A stretch of 64,000 nucleotides of DNA from an uncultured Candidatus Rokubacteria bacterium (GCA_963708025.1 CAVPSB010000026.1:1-64000), one strand, 5' to 3'; shown: positions 49,767 to 59,768, counted from the first letter of the stretch. Numbers and translations are program-made. The notes: generated by a model not told the origin, from the letters alone.

Positions 49767-51014
49767 GTGAGCGTCAAGGCCGCGAACGCCGAAGCCCTCC
49801 GCCGCCTCGTCGAGGCCGACCCGGTGCTGGTGGACTGCGCGCCGGCCGGCGAGGTCCTCGGACTCGAGCCGCGCACCGTCCTCCACGCCGGCCCGCCCAT
49901 CGGCTGGGCGGCCATGTGCCCGCCCCTCCAGGGCGCCATCGTCGGCGCGCTCCGCTACGAGGGCTGGGCCGACGGCGAGGAGAAGGCCCTCCGGCTCGCC
50001 GCCGGGGGTGAGGTCCGCTTCGAGCCGTGTCACCACCGGGGCGCGGTGGGACCGATGACCGGGCTCGTCACCCGCTCGATGCCGGTCTTCGTCGTGGAGA
50101 ACCGGGCCTTCGGCAACCGCGGGTGCGCCACCATCAACGAGGGGCTCGGCCGGGTCCTCCGCTTCGGTGCCAGCGACGACGCCGTCCTCGCCCGGCTCGG
50201 CTGGCTGCGCGACGAGGCCGGCCCCCTCCTGGGCCGGGCGCTTCGCCGGGCCGGCGGCATCGCGCTCCGGCCGTTGATGGCCCAGGCCCTCCTCATGGGG
50301 GACGAGCTGCACCAGCGGAACGTCGCCGCGTCCTCCCTCTTCCTGCGCGCGCTCCTGCCGGCGCTCGTCCGCGAGGCGAGCGGCCCGGCGCTCGGGCGAC
50401 TGGCCGACTTCGTGGCCGGGAACGACCAGTTCTTCCTGAACCTCGCCATGGCCGCGGCCAAGGCGGCCGCCGATCCCATCGTCGGCGTGCCCGGCGCCAC
50501 CATCGTGAGCGCAATGGCGCGGAACGGCACCGAGTTCGGGATTCGCGTGGCCGGCTGCGGCGCCCGCTGGTTCACCGCCCCTGTCAACACGCCGGAGGGG
50601 CTCTTCTTCCCGGGCTTCGGCCCGGAGGACGCGAACCCGGACCTGGGCGATTCCGCGATCGTGGAGACCGTCGGGCTCGGCGGGATGGCGATGGCGGCCT
50701 CGCCGGCCGTCGTCCGGTTCGTCGGGGCCGGCGGGCTCGCCGATGCCCTCCGCGTCACCGAGGAGATGCGGGAGATCACGCTCGGCGAGCACCCCCACTG
50801 GCGGATCGCGACCCAGGACGACCGCGGCGCGCCCGTCGGGATCGACGTCCGGCGTGTGGTCGCGACGGGGATCACGCCGCTCATCAACACCGGCATCGCC
50901 GGGCGGCGGCCGGGGACGGGGCAGGTCGGTGCCGGGGTCGTCCGCGCCCCGCTCGGCTGCTTCACCGCCGCGCTGGCCGCCCTGGCTGGGGAGCCGGCCC
51001 GGCCGGAGCCATGA
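49767..51014 (+). CDS. DUF1116 protein (YlbE/AllG- or YahG-like)
   Basis: LHAGPPI, PCHH..AVGPMTG, NEGLG.VLRFG, MGDELHQRN, FFLNL, ARNGTEFG, DLGDSAI, INTGIA. Confidence 0.88.
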   Translation: MSVKAANAEALRRLVEADPVLVDCAPAGEVLGLEPRTVLHAGPPIGWAAMCPPLQGAIVGALRYEGWADGEEKALRLAAGGEVRFEPCHHRGAVGPMTGLVTRSMPVFVVENRAFGNRGCATINEGLGRVLRFGASDDAVLARLGWLRDEAGPLLGRALRRAGGIALRPLMAQALLMGDELHQRNVAASSLFLRALLPALVREASGPALGRLADFVAGNDQFFLNLAMAAAKAAADPIVGVPGATIVSAMARNGTEFGIRVAGCGARWFTAPVNTPEGLFFPGFGPEDANPDLGDSAIVETVGLGGMAMAASPAVVRFVGAGGLADALRVTEEMREITLGEHPHWRIATQDDRGAPVGIDVRRVVATGITPLINTGIAGRRPGTGQVGAGVVRAPLGCFTAALAALAGEPARPEP

Positions 51015-51064
51015 GGTCGGGGATGCCCGCGTCGCTTTCCGGGCGCGCCGGCGGCGGAGGTCTG

Positions 51065-51135
51065 ATCCACCCCTCCCCCCGCCACAGGCCGAAGGCCGTC
51101 CGAACAGTGGGGAGGGGCCGGGGGTGGGGGGAGTT
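51065..51135 (+). repeat. Family A repeat
   Basis: CCCCTCCCC...GGCC-GAA-GGCC...GGGGAGGGG plus G tail before the ATG. Confidence 0.75.
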
Positions 51136-51138
51136 TCG

Positions 51139-52098
51139 ATGAATCCCCCGCCCCGCGATCCCCGGCTCCTCGTGGTCGCCATCGGCGGCAACGCCCTCCG
51201 CGAGCCGGGCGGGGTGGCGAAGCCCGACGAGTGGTTCCGGGCGCTGGGGCGGAGCCTGCCACCGCTCGTCGAGCTGGTCGCGGCCGGGTACCGGCTCGTG
51301 CTGACCCACGGCAACGGGCCGCAGGTGGGCGACGAGCTGCTCCGGATGGAGCTGGCGCAGAAGATGGTGCCGCCGCTCTCGCTCGACCTCTGCGGGGCCG
51401 AGACCCAGGGCTCCCTCGGCTACGCCATCCAGCAGGTCTTCGGCAACCTCTGCCGGGCCCGGAAGCTCGAGGTCCCGGCGGCCACCGTCGTGACCCGCGT
51501 CGTCGTCGACGCGGCCGACCCGGCGTTCCAGCGCCCGACCAAGCCGATCGGCCCCTTCTACTCGGCGGCGAAGGCAAAGCAGCTCCACCGCCAGAAGGGC
51601 TGGACCCTGGTCGAGGACGCGGGGCGCGGCTACCGGCGCGTGGTGCCGTCGCCGCGCCCGCTGCGGGTCCTCGAGGCCGAGCTGGTGCGGCGGCTCTCGA
51701 TGGCCGGGGCGGTGCCGATCGCGTGCGGGGGCGGCGGGGTGCCGGTGGTCGACACCGAGGCCGGCTACCGGGGCGTGGAGGCGGTCATCGAAAAGGACCT
51801 GGCCACCGAGACGCTCGCCACCGGCCTCGCCGCCGAGCGGCTGCTGATCCTGACCGGGGTCCCCCGGGTCGCGGTGAACTTCGGCTCGCCGCAGGAGCTC
51901 GCCGTCGAGCGGCTCACGGTGGCCGAGGCCCGCCAGCTCCTGGCCGCCGGCGAGTTCCCGCCGGGCTCGATGGGTCCCAAGGTCGAGGCGGGAGTGCGGT
52001 TCGTGGAGGCCGGCGGGCGCGAGGCCATCATCACCTCGCTCGACCGCGTCCGGGCCGCCATCGACGGCGACGCCGGCACCCGCGTCGTCGCCGCCTGA
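51139..52098 (+). CDS. arcC: Carbamate kinase
   Basis: VVAIGGNAL, THGNGPQVG, PTKPIG, YRRVVPSP, GGGGVPV, GSMGPK. Confidence 0.92.
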   Translation: MNPPPRDPRLLVVAIGGNALREPGGVAKPDEWFRALGRSLPPLVELVAAGYRLVLTHGNGPQVGDELLRMELAQKMVPPLSLDLCGAETQGSLGYAIQQVFGNLCRARKLEVPAATVVTRVVVDAADPAFQRPTKPIGPFYSAAKAKQLHRQKGWTLVEDAGRGYRRVVPSPRPLRVLEAELVRRLSMAGAVPIACGGGGVPVVDTEAGYRGVEAVIEKDLATETLATGLAAERLLILTGVPRVAVNFGSPQELAVERLTVAEARQLLAAGEFPPGSMGPKVEAGVRFVEAGGREAIITSLDRVRAAIDGDAGTRVVAA

Positions 52099-52251
52099 AT
52101 GCGCCAAAGAATCGCGATTCTCGCCCCCTTTTCCCGGCGGGTGGGGGACGGCAGGGTCCGGCTTGGGAGCGAGGGCCCGCTCGCCGTCGATCGGGCCGGC
52201 CGCGCTCCAGTGCGTCGAGCGCGCGGCACGGGGCGTCGTGGGGGACGGCAG

Positions 52252-52351
52252 GGTGCGGCCTGTGGAGGCCGGGGGCCGCGAGGCCATCATCACCTCGTTG
52301 GACCGCGTCCAGGCCGCCATCGACGGCGGCGGCACCCGCGTCCCTGACTAG
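52252..52351 (+). repeat. Diverged duplicate of the carbamate kinase 3' end
   Basis: Encodes VEAGGREAIITSLDRVQAAIDG.GTRV; matches ~51993-52086. Confidence 0.85.
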
Positions 52352-52404
52352 GCACAGAGTCGAATCCGGCACCCGCGTCCCTGACTAGGCACAGAGTCGA
52401 ATCC
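52331..52404 (+). repeat. Perfect 37-bp tandem duplication
   Basis: GGCACCCGCGTCCCTGACTAGGCACAGAGTCGAATCC x2, no spacer. Confidence 0.9.
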
Positions 52405-52461
52405 GGCCCCCCCTCCCCCAGTGGGTGGGGGAGGGGGGTTGGGGGGGGGAGGCGGGAGGTG
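52404..52461 (+). repeat. Family A repeat, short form
   Basis: CCCCCCTCCCC..GGGGAGGGGGG plus G-run ending GGCGGGAGGT. Confidence 0.7.
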
Positions 52462-52512
52462 ATAATTGATTCGGGCGGGCGAGTGCGGTAGGAAGGGGGG
52501 CACGAGGGCGCG

Positions 52513-53229
52513 ATGAAGATCCTGGTGATCAATCCGAACAGCTCGGAGACGGTGACGGGCGCGATCATGGAGTCGGCCCGCCGGGCGGCGTCGCCGGGGA
52601 CGGAGCTGGCCGGCGTCACCACCAAGGGCGGCACCCGCAACATCGACTCGGCGTTCGGCGACTACCTCTCGGGCGCCTACATGATCCGGACCTGCCTGGA
52701 CGCGGTCCCGGTCCACCGGCCGGACGCGGTGGTGCTGGCCGGCTTCGGGCGCGTCGGGATCGACGCGCTCAAGGAAGCGCTCGAGGTCCCGGTGGTCTCC
52801 ATCTCGGAGGCCTCCATGGCCGTGGCGTGCCTGCTCGGCCACCGGTTCACGACGCTCACCATGCTCGAGCAGTTCATCCCGTACCAGCAGGACCTGGTCC
52901 GCCTCTACGGCTTCGAGGCCAAGTGCGCCTCCGTGCGCGCCATCGACGTCAACGTGGAGGAGTGCGTGACGAACCGCGCGGAGACCCTCCGCCAGCTCCG
53001 GGCGCGGATCCAGCAGGTGGTGACCGAGGACCGGGCCGAGGTGGTCATCCTGGCCTGCGCCGGCCTCTGCGGCTACGACGCCGAGCTGTCCCGGCTGGCC
53101 GGGGTCCCGGTGCTCGACCCGGTCGCCGTCGGCGTGAAGGTCGCCGAGAGCCTGGTCGGCCTGGGCCTCCGCCAGTCGAAGATCCGCAAGTTCGCCCACC
53201 CGCCGCAGGACCTCGACGCCTACCTCTGA
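52513..53229 (+). CDS. Asp/Glu/hydantoin racemase family protein
   Basis: MKILVINPNSS, VPVVSISEAS, ILACAGL, VPVLDPV. Confidence 0.85.
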   Translation: MKILVINPNSSETVTGAIMESARRAASPGTELAGVTTKGGTRNIDSAFGDYLSGAYMIRTCLDAVPVHRPDAVVLAGFGRVGIDALKEALEVPVVSISEASMAVACLLGHRFTTLTMLEQFIPYQQDLVRLYGFEAKCASVRAIDVNVEECVTNRAETLRQLRARIQQVVTEDRAEVVILACAGLCGYDAELSRLAGVPVLDPVAVGVKVAESLVGLGLRQSKIRKFAHPPQDLDAYL

Positions 53230-53235
53230 GACGTC

Positions 53236-54330
53236 ATGACGAGCAGTCTGCTGGCGCGACTCCGCGAGCTGACGGCGCTGCCCGGACCCTCGGGTCATGA
53301 GCGAGAGGTCGCCCTCGCCTTCGCCAAGCACCTCCGGGCCTACACCGACGACGTCGTGCTCGACCCGTTCGGCAACGTGATCGGGACGATCCGGGGCGAC
53401 GCGGCCAAGGGCGCCGTGATGCTGTCGGCTCACACCGACGAGGTCGGCCTCGTCGTCAAGCACGTCGAGCCCGACGGCACGCTGCGGGTCGACCTCAACG
53501 GCTGGATCGACGCCCGGGTGGTGCTCGCGGCCCAGGTCGAGGTGTGGACCCGGAGCGGCCCGGTGGCCGGCGTGGTCGGGACGCGCTCGGCCCACCTCAC
53601 GACGCCGGAGGACGCCCGGCGGCCGGTGGAGGCGTGGGACCTGTGGGTCCAGGTCGGGGCCGAGACGGCGGCCGAGGCGGGCGCGCTCGGCGTCCGGATC
53701 GGCGATCTCGTCACCTACCGGGCGAACTTCCAGGAGCTGGCCGGGGGTTACGTCGCCTCGAAGGCCCTCGACAACCGCGCCGGCCTCAGCGTGCTGCTGG
53801 AGGCGCTCGACCGGCTGCCGGCGCGGCGGGACTACGACCTCTACGTGGTGGGCGCGGCCCAGGAGGAGGTGGGCTCCCGCGGCGCGCGGGTGGCGGCCCA
53901 GACGCTGCGCCCCCAGATCGCGCTCTGCGTGGACACCGTGGCCGGCGCCGAGCCGGGGACGCCGCTCAGCCGCGCCACCGAGGCGAGCGGTGGTGGCCCC
54001 ATCATCCGCGCCTGGGAGTGGATGGCCGGGAGCCTCATGGGGACGGCCTACCACCGGGGGCTCTTCCGCCGCCTGCAGGATGTCGCCGAGGCCGCCGGCA
54101 TCCCGCACCAGCTCGACGTGGCCCGGACCTTCACGGACGCCTGCGGCACGAGCGGGAGCGGGCACGGCGTCCCGACCGGCGGGATCTACATGGCCCGCCG
54201 CTGCGCCCACTCGCCGTGCGAGGTTGCCAAGCTCACCGACTTCGAGGGGGCGGCCCGGCTGCTCGCGGCGTTCCTGGGCGTTTTGACCGGCCGCGAAGTG
54301 CAGGAGCTGGGGTCTTCGACGCGGGTCTGA
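53236..54330 (+). CDS. M42 family metallopeptidase
   Basis: AHTDEVG, KALDNR, QEEVG, VDT, AHSP. Confidence 0.85.
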   Translation: MTSSLLARLRELTALPGPSGHEREVALAFAKHLRAYTDDVVLDPFGNVIGTIRGDAAKGAVMLSAHTDEVGLVVKHVEPDGTLRVDLNGWIDARVVLAAQVEVWTRSGPVAGVVGTRSAHLTTPEDARRPVEAWDLWVQVGAETAAEAGALGVRIGDLVTYRANFQELAGGYVASKALDNRAGLSVLLEALDRLPARRDYDLYVVGAAQEEVGSRGARVAAQTLRPQIALCVDTVAGAEPGTPLSRATEASGGGPIIRAWEWMAGSLMGTAYHRGLFRRLQDVAEAAGIPHQLDVARTFTDACGTSGSGHGVPTGGIYMARRCAHSPCEVAKLTDFEGAARLLAAFLGVLTGREVQELGSSTRV

Positions 54331-54424
54331 GATTCTCGGGGGGGTCTCGGAAGACCCCCCCGATGCCCCCCTCGGAAGCCGCGGCGAAGCCGCGGCTCGA
54401 AGTGGAACGCCGGGGCCGCGTGGC
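54328..54424 (+). repeat. Family B palindromic repeat
   Basis: GGGGGGTCT-CGGA-AGACCCCCC; GCCGCGGC-GAA-GCCGCGGC. Confidence 0.8.
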
Positions 54425-54492
54425 CAGAGCCAGAGGGTTGCGAGAAGCCGACGGGCGGTGGGAATCGAAGCCGGAGAGCACGGGAAGGAATG

Positions 54493-54588
54493 AGGTGCTC
54501 CGGCTCCCCCCTCCCCCCCGGCCACAGGCCGAAGGCCGTCCAACGGTGGGGGAGGGGGGCTGGGGGGGTGGGCGGGAGGTCCCGATCT
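54493..54588 (+). repeat. Family A repeat
   Basis: CCCCCTCCCCC...GGCC-GAA-GGCC...GGGGGAGGGGG-CTGGGGGGGTGGGCGGGAGGTCCCGA. Confidence 0.8.
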
Positions 54589-54604
54589 GAGCGGGCATCG
54601 CGCG

Positions 54605-57234
54605 ATGTCCGAGCTGATCCTGCGGGGCGCGCGGCTGACGGACTGCGCCGAGCCCCGCGACGTCGCGATCGCCGCAGGCCGGATCGCGGCGGTCGCGCCG
54701 ACCTCGAGGGCCGCGCACCGCGCTGAGCTGGCTCCTGGACGGGCGGCTCCTGCTCCCGGGCTTCGTCGACGGCCACGTGGCGCTCGGCTTCGGCGGCGGG
54801 CTCGACCGGCTCGCTGCCGACGCGCGGGCGTGGCTGGACGCGGCGATCCGCCACGGGACCACGGCCCTGCGGCTCGCGCTGCCGGTGGCGCCCGCGAGCG
54901 GCTTCGAGCCGCTGCAGATGCTCGCCCGCCTCCGCGCCGAGTACGCCGATCGCGTGACCGTGCAGGTCGCCGCGTGGCCGGACCTGGCCGCCGTCGGGAC
55001 GGACGGTGCGTGGCTCCGGGACGCGCGCGAGGCCGGCGCCGACGCGCTCGGCGCCGCGGTCCGGCGGGACGACCTCGACGCTCCCGGCCTCGCCGCGCTG
55101 CTCCGGATCGGCCGCGACGTGGACGCACCCCTCGACCTCGCCGTGGACGCGGCGCTGCCCCCCGGGCGCATCGGGCTCGATGCGCTGGCGCTGCCCGGCC
55201 TCCTCGCCCGCCTGGACGCCGCCGGCCTCGCGCGGCGCGTGCGGGTGCTTCACGCGACCGCGATCGCCGCGGTCCACCGGGACGAGCTGGCGCCGCTCCT
55301 CGCCGGGCTGGCCGACCGGGGGATCGCCGTCGTCGTCTGCCCCTCCGCCGCGCTGCGGGCCGGCGGCCGCGCCGATCCCGTGGCCGCGCGCCGGGGCGTG
55401 CCGCGTCTCCGCGAGCTGCTGGCGGCCGGCGTCGACGTGGTCCTGGGCTCGGGCGGCCCCGCGCCCGGCGGCTCGCCGCTCGGCTCGGCCGACCTCCTCC
55501 AGGCGGCCTGGCTCGCGGCGTACGCGGCGCACCTCGGCGTGCCGCGGGCGCTCGAGCGCGCCCGCGCGATGGTCACGGACGCGGCGGCGCGCTCGCTCGG
55601 CCTGGCGGCGGGGTACGGGCTGGCGCCCGGCTGCCGGGCGGACCTCGTCGTCCTCGACGCGCCCTCGTTCGCCCGCGCCGTCGTCGATCACGCCGAGAAG
55701 CGCCACGTGCTGAAGGCGGGGCGGGCAGTCCATGGCACCGTGCGCGTCAGCGAGGTCATCGCGCTGGCCGCCCCGCCCGGCGGGCTGACCATCCGCCAGG
55801 CGGCGCTTCCCGGCCGACCCGGGCGCCACGACGTGCTCGTCGCCGCCGGCGTCATCCGGGCGATCGTGCCCCACGCCGTCGAGGCGGTGGGGGAGGAGAT
55901 CCCGGCCGCCGGGCGGCTCGTCGTCCCGGCCTTCGTCGAGGCCCACCTCCACGTCGACAAGGCGTTCGTCATGGACGGCCTCCGCCTCGGCGAGGCGAAC
56001 CTGACCGTGGCCGAGGCCGTGGCGGCGATGCGGGGGGCCAAGGCCGACTACACGCGGGAGAGCCTGCTGGCCCGCGGCGGGCTGGTCCTCGAGCGCGCGC
56101 TCCGACACGGGGTCACCGCGCTCCGCGCCCAGTGCGACGTGGACCCGCTGATCGGGCTCCTGGCCCTGGAGGCGCTGGTCGAGCTGCGGCGCGAGTGGGC
56201 CGACCGCGTGGATCTCCAGATCGTGGCCTTCCCCCAGGAGGGCCTGGTCGGGGATCCCGCGGCGGTGCGCGCTGATGCGCGAGGCGTTGAGGAAGGGGGC
56301 CGACGTCGCCGGCGGCGGCCCGCTCGATCCCGACTACCGGGCCCACGTCGCCCAGGTCTTCGCGCTCGCGCGCGAGGCGGGGGCCGCCGTCGACATCCAC
56401 GCCGACCTCGCGATCGACGGGCTCCGGCCGCCGGCCGAGTGGGAGGCGACGCTCATCGCCGAGATGACGCGGGCGGCCGGCCTCCAGGGTCGCGTGGCCA
56501 TCGGCCACTTCGCCGCCGCCGGGGCGGTGCCGTGGGAGGCGGTGGCGCCGGTGGCCCGCAAGCTCGCGGAGGCCGGCGTGTCGGTGGCGGCGCTCCCGGC
56601 GAGCGAGCTCTACCGCCAGGGGCTCGCCGATCCGGTCAACAGCCGGCGCGGGATGACGCGGATCCGCGAGCTGCTCGCCGCCGGCCTCAACGTCGTGATC
56701 GCCTCGAACAACGTCCGCGACGCCTTCGTGACCTTAGGCAACGCGGATCTGCTCGAGCAGGCGCTGCTCGCCGCCCACGCCGCCTTTCTCGACACCGAGG
56801 CCGAGCTGACGACCGTCCTCGAGATGGTCACCACGCGGCCGGCCCGCCTCCTGGGGCTCCACCACCGGAGCGAGGTGGCGGTCGGCCAGCAGGCCGACCT
56901 CGTCGTGCTCGACGCCGCCTCGCCGGCGGAGGCGATCGCCCGCCAGGCCGAGAAGCTCTACGTCATCCGCCGGGGCCGGGTCGCCGCCCGCAACCCGTGG
57001 TGCGACATGACGGCCCGTGCCGTGAACTTCCACCGATTCGCGGAACGTCAGAATACCTGGTTCGTCGTTTGCGTCGTCCTGGCGACGATCATCGTCCTGC
57101 ACGCCTTCCACTACGACTACAGCGACGCGTACGTGCACTCGGCAGCTCGACGAACATCCGGCGATCTTGGTGGAAGGGGGAAAGCCGAGATGGGTGGTGA
57201 GGGCCAGGCGGAGCCGGCCGTCCCCGCCTGCTGA
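54605..57234 (+). CDS. Tandem double-domain cytosine deaminase-like amidohydrolase; frameshifts at ~54731 and ~56268
   Basis: Domain 1: LLLPGFVDGHVAL, HGTTALR, ADLVVLDA. Domain 2: VPAFVEAHLHVDK, LQIVAFPQEG, DIHAD, IGHF, ADLVVLDA. Confidence 0.75.
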
Positions 57235-57259
57235 TATACCCGGACGGCGCCTCACGCTT

Positions 57260-57560
57260 GGAGGCCGTACGAGGACGACGGCGGACGAACGCCTCCCTTC
57301 GGGGTCACCACGGGCTGACGGCCTTCGAGTGTGCGCCCGACCCCACGGGGGTCACGGTGCGGATCGGCGAGCCGGTGAGCGACCGGTCGGCGGTGCCGGC
57401 CGGCTGCCGCCACCGGATCCGGCTTCGGACCGACCCGCCAGCGGCCCTGATCCTCCACGGCCACGGTCTGCCGCCGCGGCTGGGGGCTCCAGCGCGAAGA
57501 AGCCGGGCTGGTGGGCGGATGGCCCGGGCTTCCCCCGCCAGCCGTGCGCCACGCTCACCG
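57260..57560 (+). pseudogene. Remnant of a GH31 glycosidase C-terminal (DUF5110-like) domain
   Basis: YEDDG, then frameshifted RTNA..GHHGLTAFEC...VTVRIGEP. Confidence 0.45.
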
Positions 57561-57612
57561 TGCGGCGCGCGGTCTGAGGGAAGGGACGTGCCCCACCGGC
57601 CATTCGCGGGCG

Positions 57613-59199
57613 CTAGGCCCCGCCGTCGCAGGGATAGTTACAGGTCGGGGGCGGGGGTGGCGGCGGCTCTTCGTATGTGCAGGCGGTCCAGCCCACGGCG
57701 ACGCCGTCCGGCTCGGAGCCGAGCCGGCCCCGGAAGACGAGGAGACAGTACTCGCGGTTGATCCAGTGGTCCGCGCCGCAGGGTTGCTGGTTCGTGCACG
57801 GCCAGGGTCCCGCCTTGGGAAGGACGTAGGCCTCGGTGCTGATGCTGCTCGCCGGCGCGTTGACGGCGAATCCCCCGAGTTGGCGCCGGTCATCGTCGCG
57901 GACCGCGTAAACGGTCAACTGACCCTGCATCCCTTCGGGCAGCGGGTTGACGATGTTGAAGGCCTCCGGGAGCCCGGACGTCCAGAAATACGCGCGGAAG
58001 AAGTACTGGAGCAGGGCCGCCGAGTAGCCGACCGCCCGCGGCAGGAGCCGCTCCGCGTAGTCCCCCCAGACCTTCTCATCGAGGGCCGCCGTGTCGTGGG
58101 CTCGGCCAGGATCGATCGGGTACTGGATGTAGTAGTCGCGCAGGAAGCCGACGGTCGCCAGGCGGTAGCCGGTATCGCCATTGGCGATCTTCTGGTAATA
58201 CTTGCGCTTGACGACCTCGCCCGAGGGCAGTGGGATGTTGTAAACCGTCTCGACGGCGCTCGAGCGTGACGGGTGCACGAAGGGCCGGAACAGCGAGCCC
58301 GTCAGGCTCGTCCACCGCGAGTCCTCGCTGAAGAAGTTGGCATTCGTGTACTCCGCGAGGCCGATCAGCGGCTCCGCGGTGACGGCGGGGTTGACGCCGG
58401 TGTAGGCGTCCGTGCTCCGGTACCTGTCGGTGTCGATCAGGCGCGCGACCGCGGCGGGCGCCTGAGGATCGGACGGGAGCGCCGACCACGCCGGGTCCGG
58501 CCAGATCGGTCCGGTTGGCGGCGCGAGGGGCTCCAGCTCCCTTTTCCCTGCGAGCCACCCCTCGAACTTCGGCTCTTCGACGCGCTGGATTCCGAGGATG
58601 AACTTCTCGTAGTTGCCGCCGACCATCGAATTCGCATTGGAGATGGGGAATGGATGGGGATCGTTGCGCGTGTGGGCCGGGGAGGCCGCGTCCTGGACTA
58701 GGTGCATCTGCTGGCCGAGCGCCCGCAGCATCTTCGTGAGGGCCTGATCGCGCTCGCCCAGCGATGGCTTCGTGAGCGCGTCGTAGAGGTGCTGGCGTGC
58801 GTGGCCCCAAGACCACCCCTGATCTGGACCCGGATTCTGGCCCCAGAGGATCGAGGACTGGCCGAACTGGAGCAATCCCGCCACGGTCCAGAAGGCCAGC
58901 GGGTTGTGGAAATGGTTGAGCGGACGATTCAAGCGGTCTTCCAGGTTGGCACCAAGCCGGATCCATTCAACGACCGTCTTGCCTTCGACGACAGTGTCCG
59001 GGCCAAGCGCAAAGCCCATATTCGCCGAGCCCATCTCGATGACGGAGTAGGGAGCATACCCCGGGAATGGGGTGCGGGCTGCGACCTCGCTGACGCGCTC
59101 GTGCGTCAGCTCCTCGTACGCGGTCACGGTAGCCGGCGCGGCGCTCTCATACACCGTCAGCACGAGAAGAGACGCGAGCAAAGAGTTCCAGCGGATCAT
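57613..59199 (-). CDS. Secreted Zn-dependent phospholipase C / S1-P1 nuclease-like protein
   Basis: Signal peptide then YEELTH; GANLED; NHFHNP; LGQQMHLVQD; PAHTRND; YEKF; SD AAGGAG. Confidence 0.65.
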   Translation of the reverse strand: MIRWNSLLASLLVLTVYESAAPATVTAYEELTHERVSEVAARTPFPGYAPYSVIEMGSANMGFALGPDTVVEGKTVVEWIRLGANLEDRLNRPLNHFHNPLAFWTVAGLLQFGQSSILWGQNPGPDQGWSWGHARQHLYDALTKPSLGERDQALTKMLRALGQQMHLVQDAASPAHTRNDPHPFPISNANSMVGGNYEKFILGIQRVEEPKFEGWLAGKRELEPLAPPTGPIWPDPAWSALPSDPQAPAAVARLIDTDRYRSTDAYTGVNPAVTAEPLIGLAEYTNANFFSEDSRWTSLTGSLFRPFVHPSRSSAVETVYNIPLPSGEVVKRKYYQKIANGDTGYRLATVGFLRDYYIQYPIDPGRAHDTAALDEKVWGDYAERLLPRAVGYSAALLQYFFRAYFWTSGLPEAFNIVNPLPEGMQGQLTVYAVRDDDRRQLGGFAVNAPASSISTEAYVLPKAGPWPCTNQQPCGADHWINREYCLLVFRGRLGSEPDGVAVGWTACTYEEPPPPPPPTCNYPCDGGA

Positions 59200-59768
59200 C
59201 GCCGCTTCTCCTTTGGCTCGGGATAGAGATTGAGCCCACGCATCCGGCGCTCTTCGTTGATCAACCGCATCAGGTGAGGCAGCTCCCAGAACGGGTCGTC
59301 TGACAGGCTGTAGGGCGACACCCCGCCGACAACCTCTCGCTCTCTCCAACTCTTCAGCTTCCTTAGCGCCACCGTCGCTCCCGGCCCCTCGAACTTCGGG
59401 TACGCTCGCTCAAATCGCTCGTAGCCCGGGACGAAGATCACGAACAGGGGCCGCTGGGTCCGCGCGGGGGCCCGCTCCTCCACGTCCCGGGCGTCGAGGA
59501 CGAAGCTGCCATCCTCCCCAGTCAGCACCTCCCGGGCCCGGTATTTGACCGTGTTCGAATGGAGGGGGTACACGATCTCGCGCCACCAAACCGCCACGAC
59601 GGCCGCGCCGACCAGCGGGGCCTGGGTGTCCGCGTCCAGGACCCGCCCGCGATACGGGCCTCGGGGTTCCTCCAGATACAGACCGTAGGGGTCGGACTGG
59701 CCCAGGGCGACCCCCGGCAGGACGGTCAGGAACAGCCCGAGCAGCGCCCCCGCCCAGGCGAGCCTCAC
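59196..59768 (-). CDS. Exported carboxypeptidase-regulatory-like domain protein, paralog 1
   Basis: Signal; YRGRVLDADTQAPLVGAAVVAVW; EVLTGEDGSF; IFVPGY. Confidence 0.75.
   Translation of the reverse strand: MRLAWAGALLGLFLTVLPGVALGQSDPYGLYLEEPRGPYRGRVLDADTQAPLVGAAVVAVWWREIVYPLHSNTVKYRAREVLTGEDGSFVLDARDVEERAPARTQRPLFVIFVPGYERFERAYPKFEGPGATVALRKLKSWREREVVGGVSPYSLSDDPFWELPHLMRLINEERRMRGLNLYPEPKEKRR

Noticed and set aside
51990-52351. Diversity-generating retroelement TR/VR pair
   Set aside because: Mismatches are not adenine-specific and there is no reverse transcriptase in the window
52331-52404. 37-bp repeat as a CRISPR array
   Set aside because: Two abutting copies, no spacer, no cas genes
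48246-55128. Very long minus-strand ORFs (1022 and 926 aa) and similar overlapping ORFs elsewhere
   Set aside because: Shadow frames of high-GC genes; Arg/Pro/Gly-rich with no motifs
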